Shown here one piece after another: positions 11,710 to 22,914 of a stretch of 64,000 nt of DNA. A model generated the notes under the pieces. That model did no database searches. It saw only the letters and a program-made list of their open reading frames with translations, and was not told the origin of the DNA. Position 1 is the stretch's first letter, and every line of letters begins with the position of its first letter. The stretch is from Octopus sinensis (Eukaryota): NCBI RefSeq assembly GCF_006345805.1, contig NC_042997.1, forward strand, positions 166,470,001-166,534,000, written 5' to 3'. Position numbers and translations under genes: made by a program.

Positions 11710-12938
11710 CTGAAGAAGTAAAGCATATTAAGAAAATTAAGAAACAGACATTTATAAGCAGTGAATATCTTTTGAAATACACTGTCAAATGCAGTAGAAT
11801 CAGTGTCAAAAATGACTTTAATGAGAACATAATTTTAAAAGGTAGAGTTAAGAATAACTAAATCAATCAGTAAATGGATGCACTGCTAATCTGCTAACAC
11901 ACATGATACTGAGTTCAATCCCTGTAGCTGTGCCTTTATTTTTTATTTTAAAATCAAGTGGTTAATTATAAAATTTAGTATTTCCCTACGGCTTGCTTGA
12001 ATGCTCATTTTACTTGTTGCTAGACTTGTCCATACATCTATCTGTTCATCCAAACTTTTAAAGTCTATTGCTTTCACCATTTGGTTTTAAATACTAAATT
12101 CACTCCCTGATCTTACTGGAGTTCTTTACTTTGGTTGTTTCCTTAAGGAATTAAACATCTTTCACAGTGCTATAAAATTCTAACCACACAGTCCAAATAT
12201 CAGTACATAATATTCTAACGTCTTACAATCACAACCAGTGTACTTCATATTGTAACCTAATACCCTCAACCTACTGTCATAATTCATACATCACAGTAGA
12301 CTAAGATGCTAACTTAACAGCTATAGTACCTCATAGAAAAGTGGCTGCTCCTCATACATGATATTGCAAGCAAAGACATCTTTATTAATTAAAGTTACAC
12401 CTCTAGTTACGAAAACAATCACTACCTAAATGATTCTGATAAAAAAAAGCAGACAAACTAAAAATTTTAATTAATTAGAAAATTGGAATACAGTGAGAAT
12501 GAATTTGATCTTTACCAGTATGGCAACAAACTCCAGACATATTTTTGGTTTTATTAGACTTTATCAATAAAACATTGTTTTAACTGCAACTGCATGTCTA
12601 ATATGACTAGAGAAGTATACAAAATTTTTGAGATTTAACACAGAATGGATATTTCCCCCAGACACTTTTTAAAGCTATTACACCATTCTGAGTCCATTCC
12701 CCCAAATTTTATATACTCCTTAGGCATGTAAGCTTTGCAGTAAGTTAAACTATGTTTTGCTGAGGTGGTTCAATAAAACTGAAATATGTCTAAAGTTGTC
12801 ATTATACTGCTAAAGACTAGACTTGCCCCATACTGCACTCTACATCATACAATAGGGTAGAATGGTAACTATGAAGCCATAGCTCATAGTTACCACATTC
12901 ACTAGTTAGCTCTCCAACATTACAGATATTTTCCTTAC

Positions 12939-13032
12939 CCAAAATATAATATTCCATCTTTTGTAATACCAAAGTGAACATTCTGAATACCTCCTGAATC
13001 TTTAACAAGATGAGCATTACTCACAACATTAC
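12939..13032 (-). CDS. NAGPA: NAGPA exon 3 (GNVVSNAHLVKDSGGIQNVHFGITKDGILYFG)
   Basis: Hand translation resembles human GNVVS..SGGLQNAQFGIRRDG. TGCAG|/|GTAAGG, 94 nt, phases 1/2. Confidence 0.95.
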
Positions 13033-15276
13033 CTGCAAATATAAAATATAAAATGATTAAATATATGCTTTGATGCTTTACGTATTAGATATATGCATGC
13101 ATTTGGGCAGTTATACAAAACAAACAAGGAAAGACATAAAAATGTGAGAGCCAGCGAGACTTGAAATTATGTATCTTTTCTTGGTGTCTTAGCATAATTA
13201 TTCCTTTATTTTAAGCCTGCTAAAAATTTTTTTAAATACACATTTTCCCAAAAGAAGACAGCTATTATGAAAGAGATAATCATTTCTTTATATTTGAAAT
13301 TAAGGAATTATGAAGAAAAAAAGATAACTTTTTTTCTATTTACTTATTATGTTCTTACAGTTTCTAATTAGTGATAATCATGTAAAGCACTATTTCATTC
13401 TTTTTAGAAACTGTCAGCATGATATAACCTGTGAATTGTTAATTAAACATTTTATGAAGAGAGACATTTCATTAAAGATGAAAATAATAGCAATCTGGAG
13501 GAATTTCATAATTTTTTTCAAAATTTTTTTTCTTTTATAGATTATTTATAGTTAAAGAATTGAGACAAAAGAGAGAATATTTTTAGTGCTTATATACAGA
13601 ATAGCTGTTTCAAGGGGAATTCTACAGATGCCAATAATTTCAGTTTAACTTACAACAACTCTATGAATTATTTTCCAATATATTCTTTGCAGTGTGTACA
13701 ACCATTTCAAGTTGTTATTTCTTAATAGAAATCCATCATGTATGAAGTCAAATGGGCACCTATACATAAATACATGGACCTAGACCTTTGTGAACAATTT
13801 AAAACGGATTCTTGTGAAATCACAGGAAAAATTTTTATTTTTTATTAATTACATTAAAGCTCTTGTATTCACATTTACATAAAATTAAAAGTTCTTATGA
13901 CAGTGTCTCAGCTGTTATATGGAACAATCAAAAATAAAATCTGGTAAAATAAGTCGAAACAGGATTTTCTCTAATCAATTTCAGAGCTACACATAATAAA
14001 TATCAAAGCATTAATGTCATAAACTTATGGTTTTTACATCTACTTTTTCAATGCTATTATGGGTTTGATGAAATTTTTGGAGGCAGTATGTAGACATGAA
14101 CTCTTTCTTACTTGTTTTCAAGTAAGCTACTTTATGTTTTCAGATGTTTAACTGCAGTTAGATGATTTTGTTTACAAGTGGCATAAACAATGCCTTCATT
14201 GACAAAATGGCGTCAATGTGAAAAAATATGGAGACACTCACACACACATCTATATATACTGTGTGTGTGTGTGCATGTATATCTCATCATCATCATAATT
14301 TTAATGTCCACTTTTCCATGTATACAAGTGTCGGGATGGAATTTATTGTGGCAGATTTTTCTATGGTTAGATACCCTTCCTGTCACCAACCTTCACCTTT
14401 ATTCAAGTAAGGTAATATCCCTTCATGGCCAGACATGTTTTCAGGGAAGATTGGAAACAAACGACACTGTTTGTATGATGCAATGTCAAAACAAAGAAAT
14501 GCTAACATATACACATATACACAAACATAAATATACTTGATAGGATTTTTACAGTTTCCACCTATCAAACTCACTCACAAGGCTTTGGTTGGCCTGAGAC
14601 CTATAGTGCCACTTACACACACACAGACACAGAACAGTCTTCCTTACAGTTTCACTCACAGCACTGGTTACCCCGATGATATAGAAAGTACTTGTCTAAG
14701 GTGTGTCACAGAAGGAACAAACCTAAGGTCATATAATTGCAAAGTTAATTTCTAAATCACATGCTCAAGCCTGAACCTTAGGCATAATCTTTTATCTTTT
14801 ACTTGTTTCAGTCATTAGACGGCAACCATGCTGGAGCAATACCTTGTGATGCTGGGGTACAGGTACCCAGCAAAAGAAACACATCAAGTTCTCACATTGT
14901 TATTTCCTTTTGTCACTTTGTATATCTGTTCAAATGCCCACCCAACCATCTTAAAAAAATAAAATTACATTTACAGTTCAGTAATGATTTACTTGTTACT
15001 TGTAGCTGAGAAGTCACCAGACCAAAAAGGTAATGGAATGCTGTTTGTAGGAAAGTCAAATGTACTTTATATGCAACATGAATGGAAAATAGATGTTGGA
15101 TAAAAGTGTGGCATTAGCTGATGGTTGCAGAGAATGAAATTTTGACATAACTAAGAACACTAGATGCTATGTTAATGACTAACATAGCATCTAGTGTTGA
15201 CTGGAAAGCAAAATCTTTCATCAAGATAATTATATATTTATGTACTTATGTACTTGTTATTTATGAGATTAAGTTA

Positions 15277-15755
15277 CAGTGATCCCTCGTTTATCGCAGT
15301 AGATTGGTTCTGAGACCGACCGCGATAACTGAATTTCCGCGAAGCAGGGACACCATATTTACAGTATTTATTTAACGTGTATTTGGACTTTTAAAACCCT
15401 CCCTGTACTGTTAACAACCCACCCATTACATAGTCTATTAATAATGAGGACAACTGTTAAGCAATAACACTTTAGATTTAAAAAAATAAAGATTGTTACT
15501 GTTACACAGGCCAGATTACAAAATAGAAAGCTGAGATTTGTTGTCTCTCCATTGCACTAATCACAGCCCGTCTTAAGTTCAAATGCTTTTTTGCTATTTT
15601 ATGCATATTTTTGTTGTTCTTAGACTAGGAAATAATATTGTCAATATTTTAATGGATTTAATGAAAAATTTTAGGCGTTCATATATATATATTTTAAAAA
15701 TCCGCGAAGTCGTGAATCAGCGATAGTTGAACCGCGAAGTAGCGAGGGATCACTG
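15277..15755. mobile_element. Tc1/mariner (Tigger-like) MITE
   Basis: TIRs CAGTGATCCCTCG / CGAGGGATCACTG with TA on both sides. Confidence 0.85.
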
Positions 15756-15973
15756 TACATTTCAATTTGTCATGTGGGAGATGACAAATCTAAGAGCTTT
15801 TCGTATTATAGACAATATCACTCTGACAGCTAAAAAATAAAGATAAGAGTTAAAATAACATGAAGAGCTATTTTCAATTGAAAAAAAAACATTTTAGAAA
15901 TGTAAAACAATAAAATACTAAACTGTTTACCCGAGAAAAAAAAAATTACAACAACAAAAACATCCTGTATTAC

Positions 15974-16392
15974 CTACACATTCCCCTGTGTGCGTGTTGA
16001 AGAAACCTGCATTGGTCGCAGCTAAACAGTTCATACGTTTAGCACTCTCTAACACTGTTGCTCTTACTGAAGAATTTTTGTTATTGCAGCTGTTAGCTTC
16101 CAGAGGTTCTAAAACACTGAGTGTCTGCCAGGGATAGTTAATGAGCTGGTAGTAAATTGTGATATGACGTTCGCTGAACATATCACCATACTTTTTAATC
16201 ATGTACTTTGATATAACCAAAGGTGGTGGAATGTCTGTTGGGTCACTACCATTACTCTTGTAAGCAGCATGTATGGAAGAAGTCATGTCTCCATATTTGG
16301 CTTGTTGGCAACTGCGAACATACCTGTTGCTATGTCGTGGTCCGTGATGGCCGTGGTATGGCAAAAGTAAGTCCATGCCATTGACATCCAAT
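15974..16392 (-). CDS. NAGPA: NAGPA exon 2 (propeptide and start of catalytic region)
   Basis: DLLLPY..RYVRSC..TLSVLEP..RATVLESA..C..ATNAGFFN..GECVG matches recalled human NAGPA DLLLPY..RLPRDC..TFSVLEP..RATVEETA..NGGFF..GECLG. Acceptor TGTAG|A, donor G|GTAATA, 419 nt. Confidence 0.95.
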
Positions 16393-16594
16393 CTACAGGG
16401 AAATAAATCATACAAATAAAAATTGATTTCTAATACTGACACAACACTACACATTTATAAGTAGCATATAGTGTATTATTGTACTTAATATATTGATTAC
16501 AGAGAAATGAAGTGCAAAACCAAGAATTAAATAAAAAAGGAAAAGATAGAAATTTTCTGATTTGTTTGAATTAAAATACTTATGTTTTACTTAC

Positions 16595-16788
16595 TCTTTT
16601 ACTTGTTTCAGTCATTTGACTGCGGCCATGCTGGAGCACCGCCTTTAGTCAAGCAACTCGACCCCAGGACTTATTCATTGTAAGCCCAGTAGTTATACTA
16701 TCGGACTCCCTTTACCGAACCGCTAAGTTACAGAGAACGGGGACGTAAACACACCAGCATCGGTTGTCAAGCGATGTTGGGGGGACAA

Positions 16789-16819
<31 letters not shown>

Positions 16820-16955
16820 CATATATACGACAGGCTTCTTTCAGTTTCCGTCTACCAAATCCACTCACAAGGCTTTGGTCGGCCCGAGGCTATAGTAGAA
16901 GGCAATTGCCAAAGGTGCCACGCAGTGAGAACGAACCTGGAACCATGTGACTCAT
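16595..16955 (-). mobile_element. SINE family B (tRNA-like head, internal TA/TG microsatellite, GAGTAAAA tail)
   Basis: Reverse complement of the copies at 38240 and 50057. Confidence 0.8.
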
Positions 16956-17499
16956 ATTCTTAACCCTCTTGGTACCAGCCCATGTAAAATTACCCCTGGT
17001 TCTACGATCCAAATTTCTTGTTTTAAAGTGATTTAAGTCAAAATCTTCCAGCAAAGGTTCATGTTATGTTCCAAATACTAGATTAATTATGGTTTAAATG
17101 TTGACACAAGACCAGCAATTTCGGGAGAGGGAGTAAGTTGATTACATCAACCCCAATGCTCAGCTGGTACTTACTTTATCAACCTTGAAAGAATGAAAGA
17201 CAAAATTGACCTAGACAGCAATGGAAACAATATTTACATATTGAAAGCACATAGTTGGGAAGCAAACTTCTTAACCATACAACCGAACGCAAGGTATATC
17301 TGTCCTCTTGTGTAGGAAGATGGGCCTTAATGAAAATAGAATTACAACAGAGTAATAATAGGATGAGAAAAATAATTATAAGGAAGCAAAAGAAACACAA
17401 CATTATCAAGAGAATATATAAAAAAGTGGCAGATGCCATTAGAAAAACTTATATCTATTTGCAAAGGAGCCTTCTCTTTCATCGCTACCTGGTGGTTAC

Positions 17500-17542
17500 C
17501 GCCCGTTGATGAGGGACAACAATCCCGAAACTAGTTCGAGCG
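17500..17542 (+). ncRNA. Minimal hammerhead-like motif (C3U variant)
   Basis: CGCCCG-UUGAUGA-GGGA(CAACAA)UCCC-GAAA-CUAGU-U-CGAGCG, with palindromic ACUAGU stem III. Confidence 0.55.
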
Positions 17543-19919
17543 TATCACTCAGACTTGCGAGGAAGAGATGGCCTCCCTTTGCAAATACTCCAAGGACACA
17601 GATATTGTGTCTAAAGCCAGCTAGAGACGAAGATCTCTTGGGGCTATAAAGCTACAGTAACACCCCCTCCCCAATGTGGTTAGCCATGATAAGATGGCTT
17701 CTATACTTTACAAAACAAAAACTGTTATCTATATATATAAAGTGGAGACACATGGCCTAGTGGTTAGAGCAGTGGATTCGCAGCTGAGGGATCACAGGTT
17801 CAAATCTCAGACCAGACGATGTGTCTATTTATGAGCGATTACCTAAGCTCTGGCAGAAGGTGATGGTGAACTTCTGCTGACCCTTTTGCCACAACTTGCC
17901 CTCACTCTTTACTCCTGCATCTAGCAGCTCAACTGCAATGGACTGGTGTCCCATCCAGGTGAGGAACTTGTATGCCAATGAAACCAAGAAACTGGCCCTT
18001 ATGAGGCAAGCAAGGTGCGAGAAGGAACAATCAACAACAACATGTATATAAAAGCAAAATATAAACTAGAACCTCATTACACTCCAGTGAAAGATTTAGA
18101 TAGGGACAAAACAGAAAAGGTTAAAAATACAGGAATTTCAAACCATCATCATTTACTGTCCATGTTTCACACAGCCATGTGTTGAATGATTTGACAGGAC
18201 CAAACAAGCCCAAATGCTGCATTGTGCCCCAGTGTCTGCTTAGAATGGTTTCTACAGCTAGATGCCCTTCTTAATGCCAACCACTTTACATTGTGTACTG
18301 TGCTGATTTTTTTTCTGTAGCACCAGCATTAGTGAGATTCCCATACAGCTTGCAAGACTAAGAACTCTGGGGTAGTCAGCTTTATGCAAGGAGATAAGGG
18401 GTCAAAGTATGAGAGAAGAGACCAGAGCAGAAAGGGTTTATTGCTGTGGAGGAGCTACATCATTAGTCATATTTTAGAAGAGAGGGTGGAATTGATCAGG
18501 GTGGAACTGGAAAGGAAAAAAATGAGTGGTAATGAGATGTCAGGATAAACCCTCAAAGTATGAGGTGAGTAGAAATGAGTGGGGACAGAAGTGTGGGTGG
18601 CGAGTGCACAGGTTATATGTTGGCTGAATGATAATTAGGGAAGTAGGTGACAACTGAAGTTGGTACCACAAAGCTTTTGTTCTAATGATTTACTACCTTA
18701 GTTATATGCATTCAGTATTTATTATTGGTTAGAAACCATGTTTGTCTATAAACATATGTGCTGCTGTAAAATTAAAATGACAATGGTAATCAATAATAAA
18801 GCAGAACAGATGTTTATTAGCTTATATTTTCAAACAACTGCTTTCAGTAGAGAGTCATCTGAGAAAATCTATAGCTAAATGTAGCCTAACAACAAAGCAT
18901 TACCTATTTTTTATATTGTTATTCTTTTGTGTGAAACATCAATGGTCAAAATTATCAGGTAATGATGATATTTTGTGAACCTAATTTGGAATGCAGTGTT
19001 GCATTTAAAATGATATGTTAAGCATAGGGGTCAGTGAAATGGCATTTCATTTTCTGATTTGTGTTGTGTGAATTGAAAAAAAAAAATCAATGACTGTCAT
19101 ATCAACAAAAATTTATATGCATAAAAGATACAGAAATAAATTTTTTTATTCTCAAACACGTGATAATAATGCTAATAAAATAGTGTGATCAGGATAAATT
19201 ATCTATGCATTGCAGAAAAATACGTTACTGGCCAGCCATGAGATTCAAACTCACATCCCTGTGATAACGCGTCAAGTGCTTTACCATTAAGCTAAACTGC
19301 CCAGTAATGAATTCTTCTGCAATTTTAGAACTTATAAATTTAGCTTCATAAGACGCTAACGTTAAATTCAACTTATGATAAAAGTAAACAAAGTTTGTTT
19401 TAGAAGTGTTGAGATGTATTAAAAGATACAGAAATAAAAAAAAATTATTTCTGTATTTCTTCTAAAACAAATTTTGTTTGTTTCCGTTCATCGTAAGTTT
19501 TATATGCATAAATTTTTGTTGAGAGTGCCAAAACTTTCCCAGGTGAAGAGAGCACCCCACAATATAGGTTAGTTGTTAACAACTTCAGGATCAGGGCTAT
19601 ATGGAATCACCGCTGAGATGCTTGAAATATCTGGTGGAGTAGAATATAGCCTAGTCACCCATATAGTTAATGAGGAAGTCATACCCAACAATTGATGTAG
19701 CAGCATTATAGTCAATTGCTAAAAAGGCAAAGGTGATGCCTTAGACAGAGATAATTACAGATGTATCAAACTATTGGATCAGGTGATGAAAGTTACAGAG
19801 AAGGTCATAACCCAACTAGTTAGGAAGAAAGTTAGTGTAGATGGGATGCAGTTCAGATTTGTGCCAGACAGGAGCACAACTGATGCTATACTCCAGGTTA
19901 GGCAACTGCAGGAGAAATA

Positions 19920-20479
19920 GCTCTATATTTAAGAGATGAAGAATTATTTACATTATTTACATTTGACGGATATTTGTCCTCATCTTGTTTGTTGTTAACA
20001 CAACGTTTCGGCTGATATACCCTCCAGCCTTCTTCAGGTGTCTTAGGGAAATTTCGAATTTGGGATCTTATTCCTAAGGTATTTTTTGATATTATTATTA
20101 TTATTATTCAGGTCACTGCCTGGAATCAAACATGGAATCTTGGGGTTAATAACCCATGTGCTTAACCACTACACCATATGCCCACGAGCTAGGAGGTAGG
20201 GAAGGGCATATGGCGTAGTGGTTAAGAGCACAGGCTTCTAACCCCAAGGTTCCGAGTTTGATTCCAGGCAGTGACCTGAATAATAATAATGATGATGATG
20301 ATGGTGGTGATGATGATGATGATGATGATAATAATAATAATATCGAAAAATACCTTAGGAACGAGAATCCAGGTTTGAAATTTCCCCAAGACACCTGATG
20401 AAGGCTGGAAGGTATATCAGCTGAAACATTGTGTTAACAACAAACAAGATGAGGACAAATATCCATCAAATGTAAATAA
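19920..20479. mobile_element. Head-to-head inverted dimer of a tRNA-headed, hammerhead-bearing element (family H)
   Basis: Arms 19920-20183 (-) and 20204-20481 (+) with a 20-nt spacer. 13-bp near-TSD TGCAG(G/A)AGAAATA at 19907-19919 and 20480-20492. Interrupts the RTE frame at QEKY. Confidence 0.85.
19997..20042 (-). ncRNA. Minimal type I hammerhead ribozyme motif (predicted)
   Basis: GACAC-CUGAAGA-A-GGCUG(10 nt)CAGCC-GAAA-CGU-U-GUGUU: stem I 5 bp, stem II 5 bp, palindromic ACGU stem III, GUU cleavage triplet. Confidence 0.7.
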
Positions 20480-22698
20480 TGCAGAAGAAATATGTAGCCA
20501 AAAATAAACCCTTGTACCTGGCTTCTGTCGACATGGAAAAAGCCTTTGACAGAGACACTGCTCCCTTATCTGGTGGTGAATGTGGAAGCTAGGGATAGAT
20601 GAGTGGTTGGTGAGAGTTGTACAAGCCATGTACAGGGATACTGTCAGTAAGTTAGCAATGAATTTAGTGATGAATTTATAGTATAAGTAGAGGTTCACTA
20701 AGGATCAGGATCAGTCCTCATCCCCTCTTGTTCATCATAGTTCTCCAGGCAATAACAGAGGAATTTAAGATGAGCTGCCCTTGGGAGGTCCATTATGCTG
20801 ATGACCTTGATCTTATCACTACTAGAGCTTGAGAAGAAATTTCAGACAAAAGGAAGCAAGGTCTAGAATCAAAGAGCCTTAGAGTTTATCTAGCAAAAAC
20901 CAGTTGATATAACCCTTGAGCTCCACTGAATACTTTGCTTTAACAATAATGCAATAAACCTAAAGATAATTTGTTCAAAGCACAAGACAGATATCTGTAT
21001 GAGGAAAAGACTTGGGATAAACCACATTGGTATATGTTTCATCAGCACTATAAGTGGCTGGTCAACAAATAAATCTAGTAAAAACCAAAATCTTAGTAAG
21101 TAGGAGAGCAGACAAATCACAAATCCCTTCAGGGAGACAGCCCTGCTTGATCTGTAGAAAAGGCATAGGTAGAAACTCTGTAAGATGTACCTAGTGTAAG
21201 CTATGGACACGTGAGAGTGCAGCAATATCAGAGAAAGGGTAACAGGGAAAATAGTTTTTGTGTTTGGAAGGTGCACAGGTAACAAAGGGCCTTTCTCTCA
21301 GAGTGAAAAGCAGACTGTATGATGCCTGTGTGTGAACAGCCATGCTATATGGCAATGAAACATGGGCTGTGCCTGCTGAGGACATGCGCAGGCTTGTAAG
21401 AAATGAAGCTAGTATGCTTCACTAGATGTGTAATGTCAGTGTACATGCATGACAAAGTGTAAGTGTCTTGAGACAAAAGTTGGGCATAAGTGGCATCAGA
21501 TGCGGTGTGCAAGAGTGACAACTGCACTGGTATGGTCATGTGATGCATATAGACAAGGACAGCTGTGTGAAGAAGTGCCATACTCTAATGGTGGAGGGAA
21601 CCTGAGGAAGCAGTAGACCCAGGAAGACATGGGATGAGGTGGCATCTGTGCTAGTGGCATGTAAAAAGCACCAACTACAATCTTGGAGTGATTGGCATTA
21701 GTAAAGGCAACAAGCTGAAGAAACCATGCCAAGTCAGGTTGGAACCTGGTGCAGCTCTCCAGCTTACCAGTTTTCAGTTAGCCCGTCCAACCCATGCCAG
21801 CATGGAAAGCAGACATTAAATAATGATGATGATGATGATGATGATGACAGACATAAATTTTCAATTGAAGTAGCTTTAATCATAAGGTAGAATCTTATTT
21901 CTATGCCTATCATTACAGCTAGCATGAATAAAAGAACATGAAAATCCATCAGGTATGAGTGTTTGCATAGCACATTCTTTAGAATAACAATGTGATACTT
22001 ATTAGTGTTGTCATGATCATGATCATGATGGTCACCATCATTTAACATGCACTTTATCTTACTTGCATGGTTCAGACAGAATTTGTTGAGGCAGATTTTT
22101 CTGTCGCCGGATGCTCTTTCTATCACCAATCTTCACTTGTTTCCAAGTAAAGTAATGTTTCCCCATGGCCAGGCATATTCACAAAAGACCAATAAGAGAG
22201 AATCCCACTTGTATGACAGTGATGTTCATTTCCAAACTATCATATATACACATACATACACATATATCTATGTGTGAAGATTATGGGCTTCTTTCAGTTT
22301 CCATCTACCAAATCCACTCACAGAGCTTTGGCTGGCTCAAGGCTATAGTTGAAAACACTTGGCCAAGGTATCACACAGTGGGACTGAACTCAAAACCATG
22401 TGCTTGGGAAGCAAACCTCTTAACCGCATAGCCATGTGGTTAAGGAGTTCACTCCTTAAACAGATAGCTTTGAGTTCAGTCCCACTGTGTAGCACCTTTG
22501 ACAAATGTGTTCCAGTTACAAATGAATCTGGTTGATGGAAACTCCATGAATCCTGTCTCTCTCACACACACATGTATGCACACGTGTGTGTGCATTTTTA
22601 CATTGTGTGTACTTCTCATGAAAAGTACTGAGCTGTATGTAATGAAATTTGCTGGTATTTCCCTGTCAACAAATCATCCACTGCCTTTATACTTTTAA

Positions 22699-22914
22699 CC
22701 CTTTAGCATTCAGATTATTCTATCAAATGTAATGCTTATTTATCCACATTGATTTGAATTAGTCATGCATTACCTTGTAGCTTTGAGGTTTCAATGATGT
22801 TATTGTTTATTTTTAGAAAAAACATTGTAGGCTAGGTGTGAGAGGCTGGATCTAACCAGAAGATAAAACATGTAGATTATTTTGGTCAGATATAACTGGT
22901 TTAAATGCTAAGGA
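22699..22914. mobile_element. piggyBac-like MITE
   Basis: TTAA|CCCTTTAGCATT ... AATGCTAAGGA|TTAA. Confidence 0.65.

Larger units (their letters stand above)
19525..21650 (+). mobile_element. Decayed RTE LINE (RT region) in NAGPA intron 1
   Basis: GITAEML..KGKGDALD..NYR.IKLLDQVMK..QF.FVP.RSTTDAI..RQLQEK / VDMEKAFDR / YADD / RPRKTWDEV, with many stops and frameshifts. Confidence 0.85.

Noticed and set aside
19228-19302. Possible tRNA gene (also 39140-39205 and the SINE heads)
   Set aside because: The stems are degenerate and continue into repeat bodies, so these are SINE heads rather than functional tRNAs.
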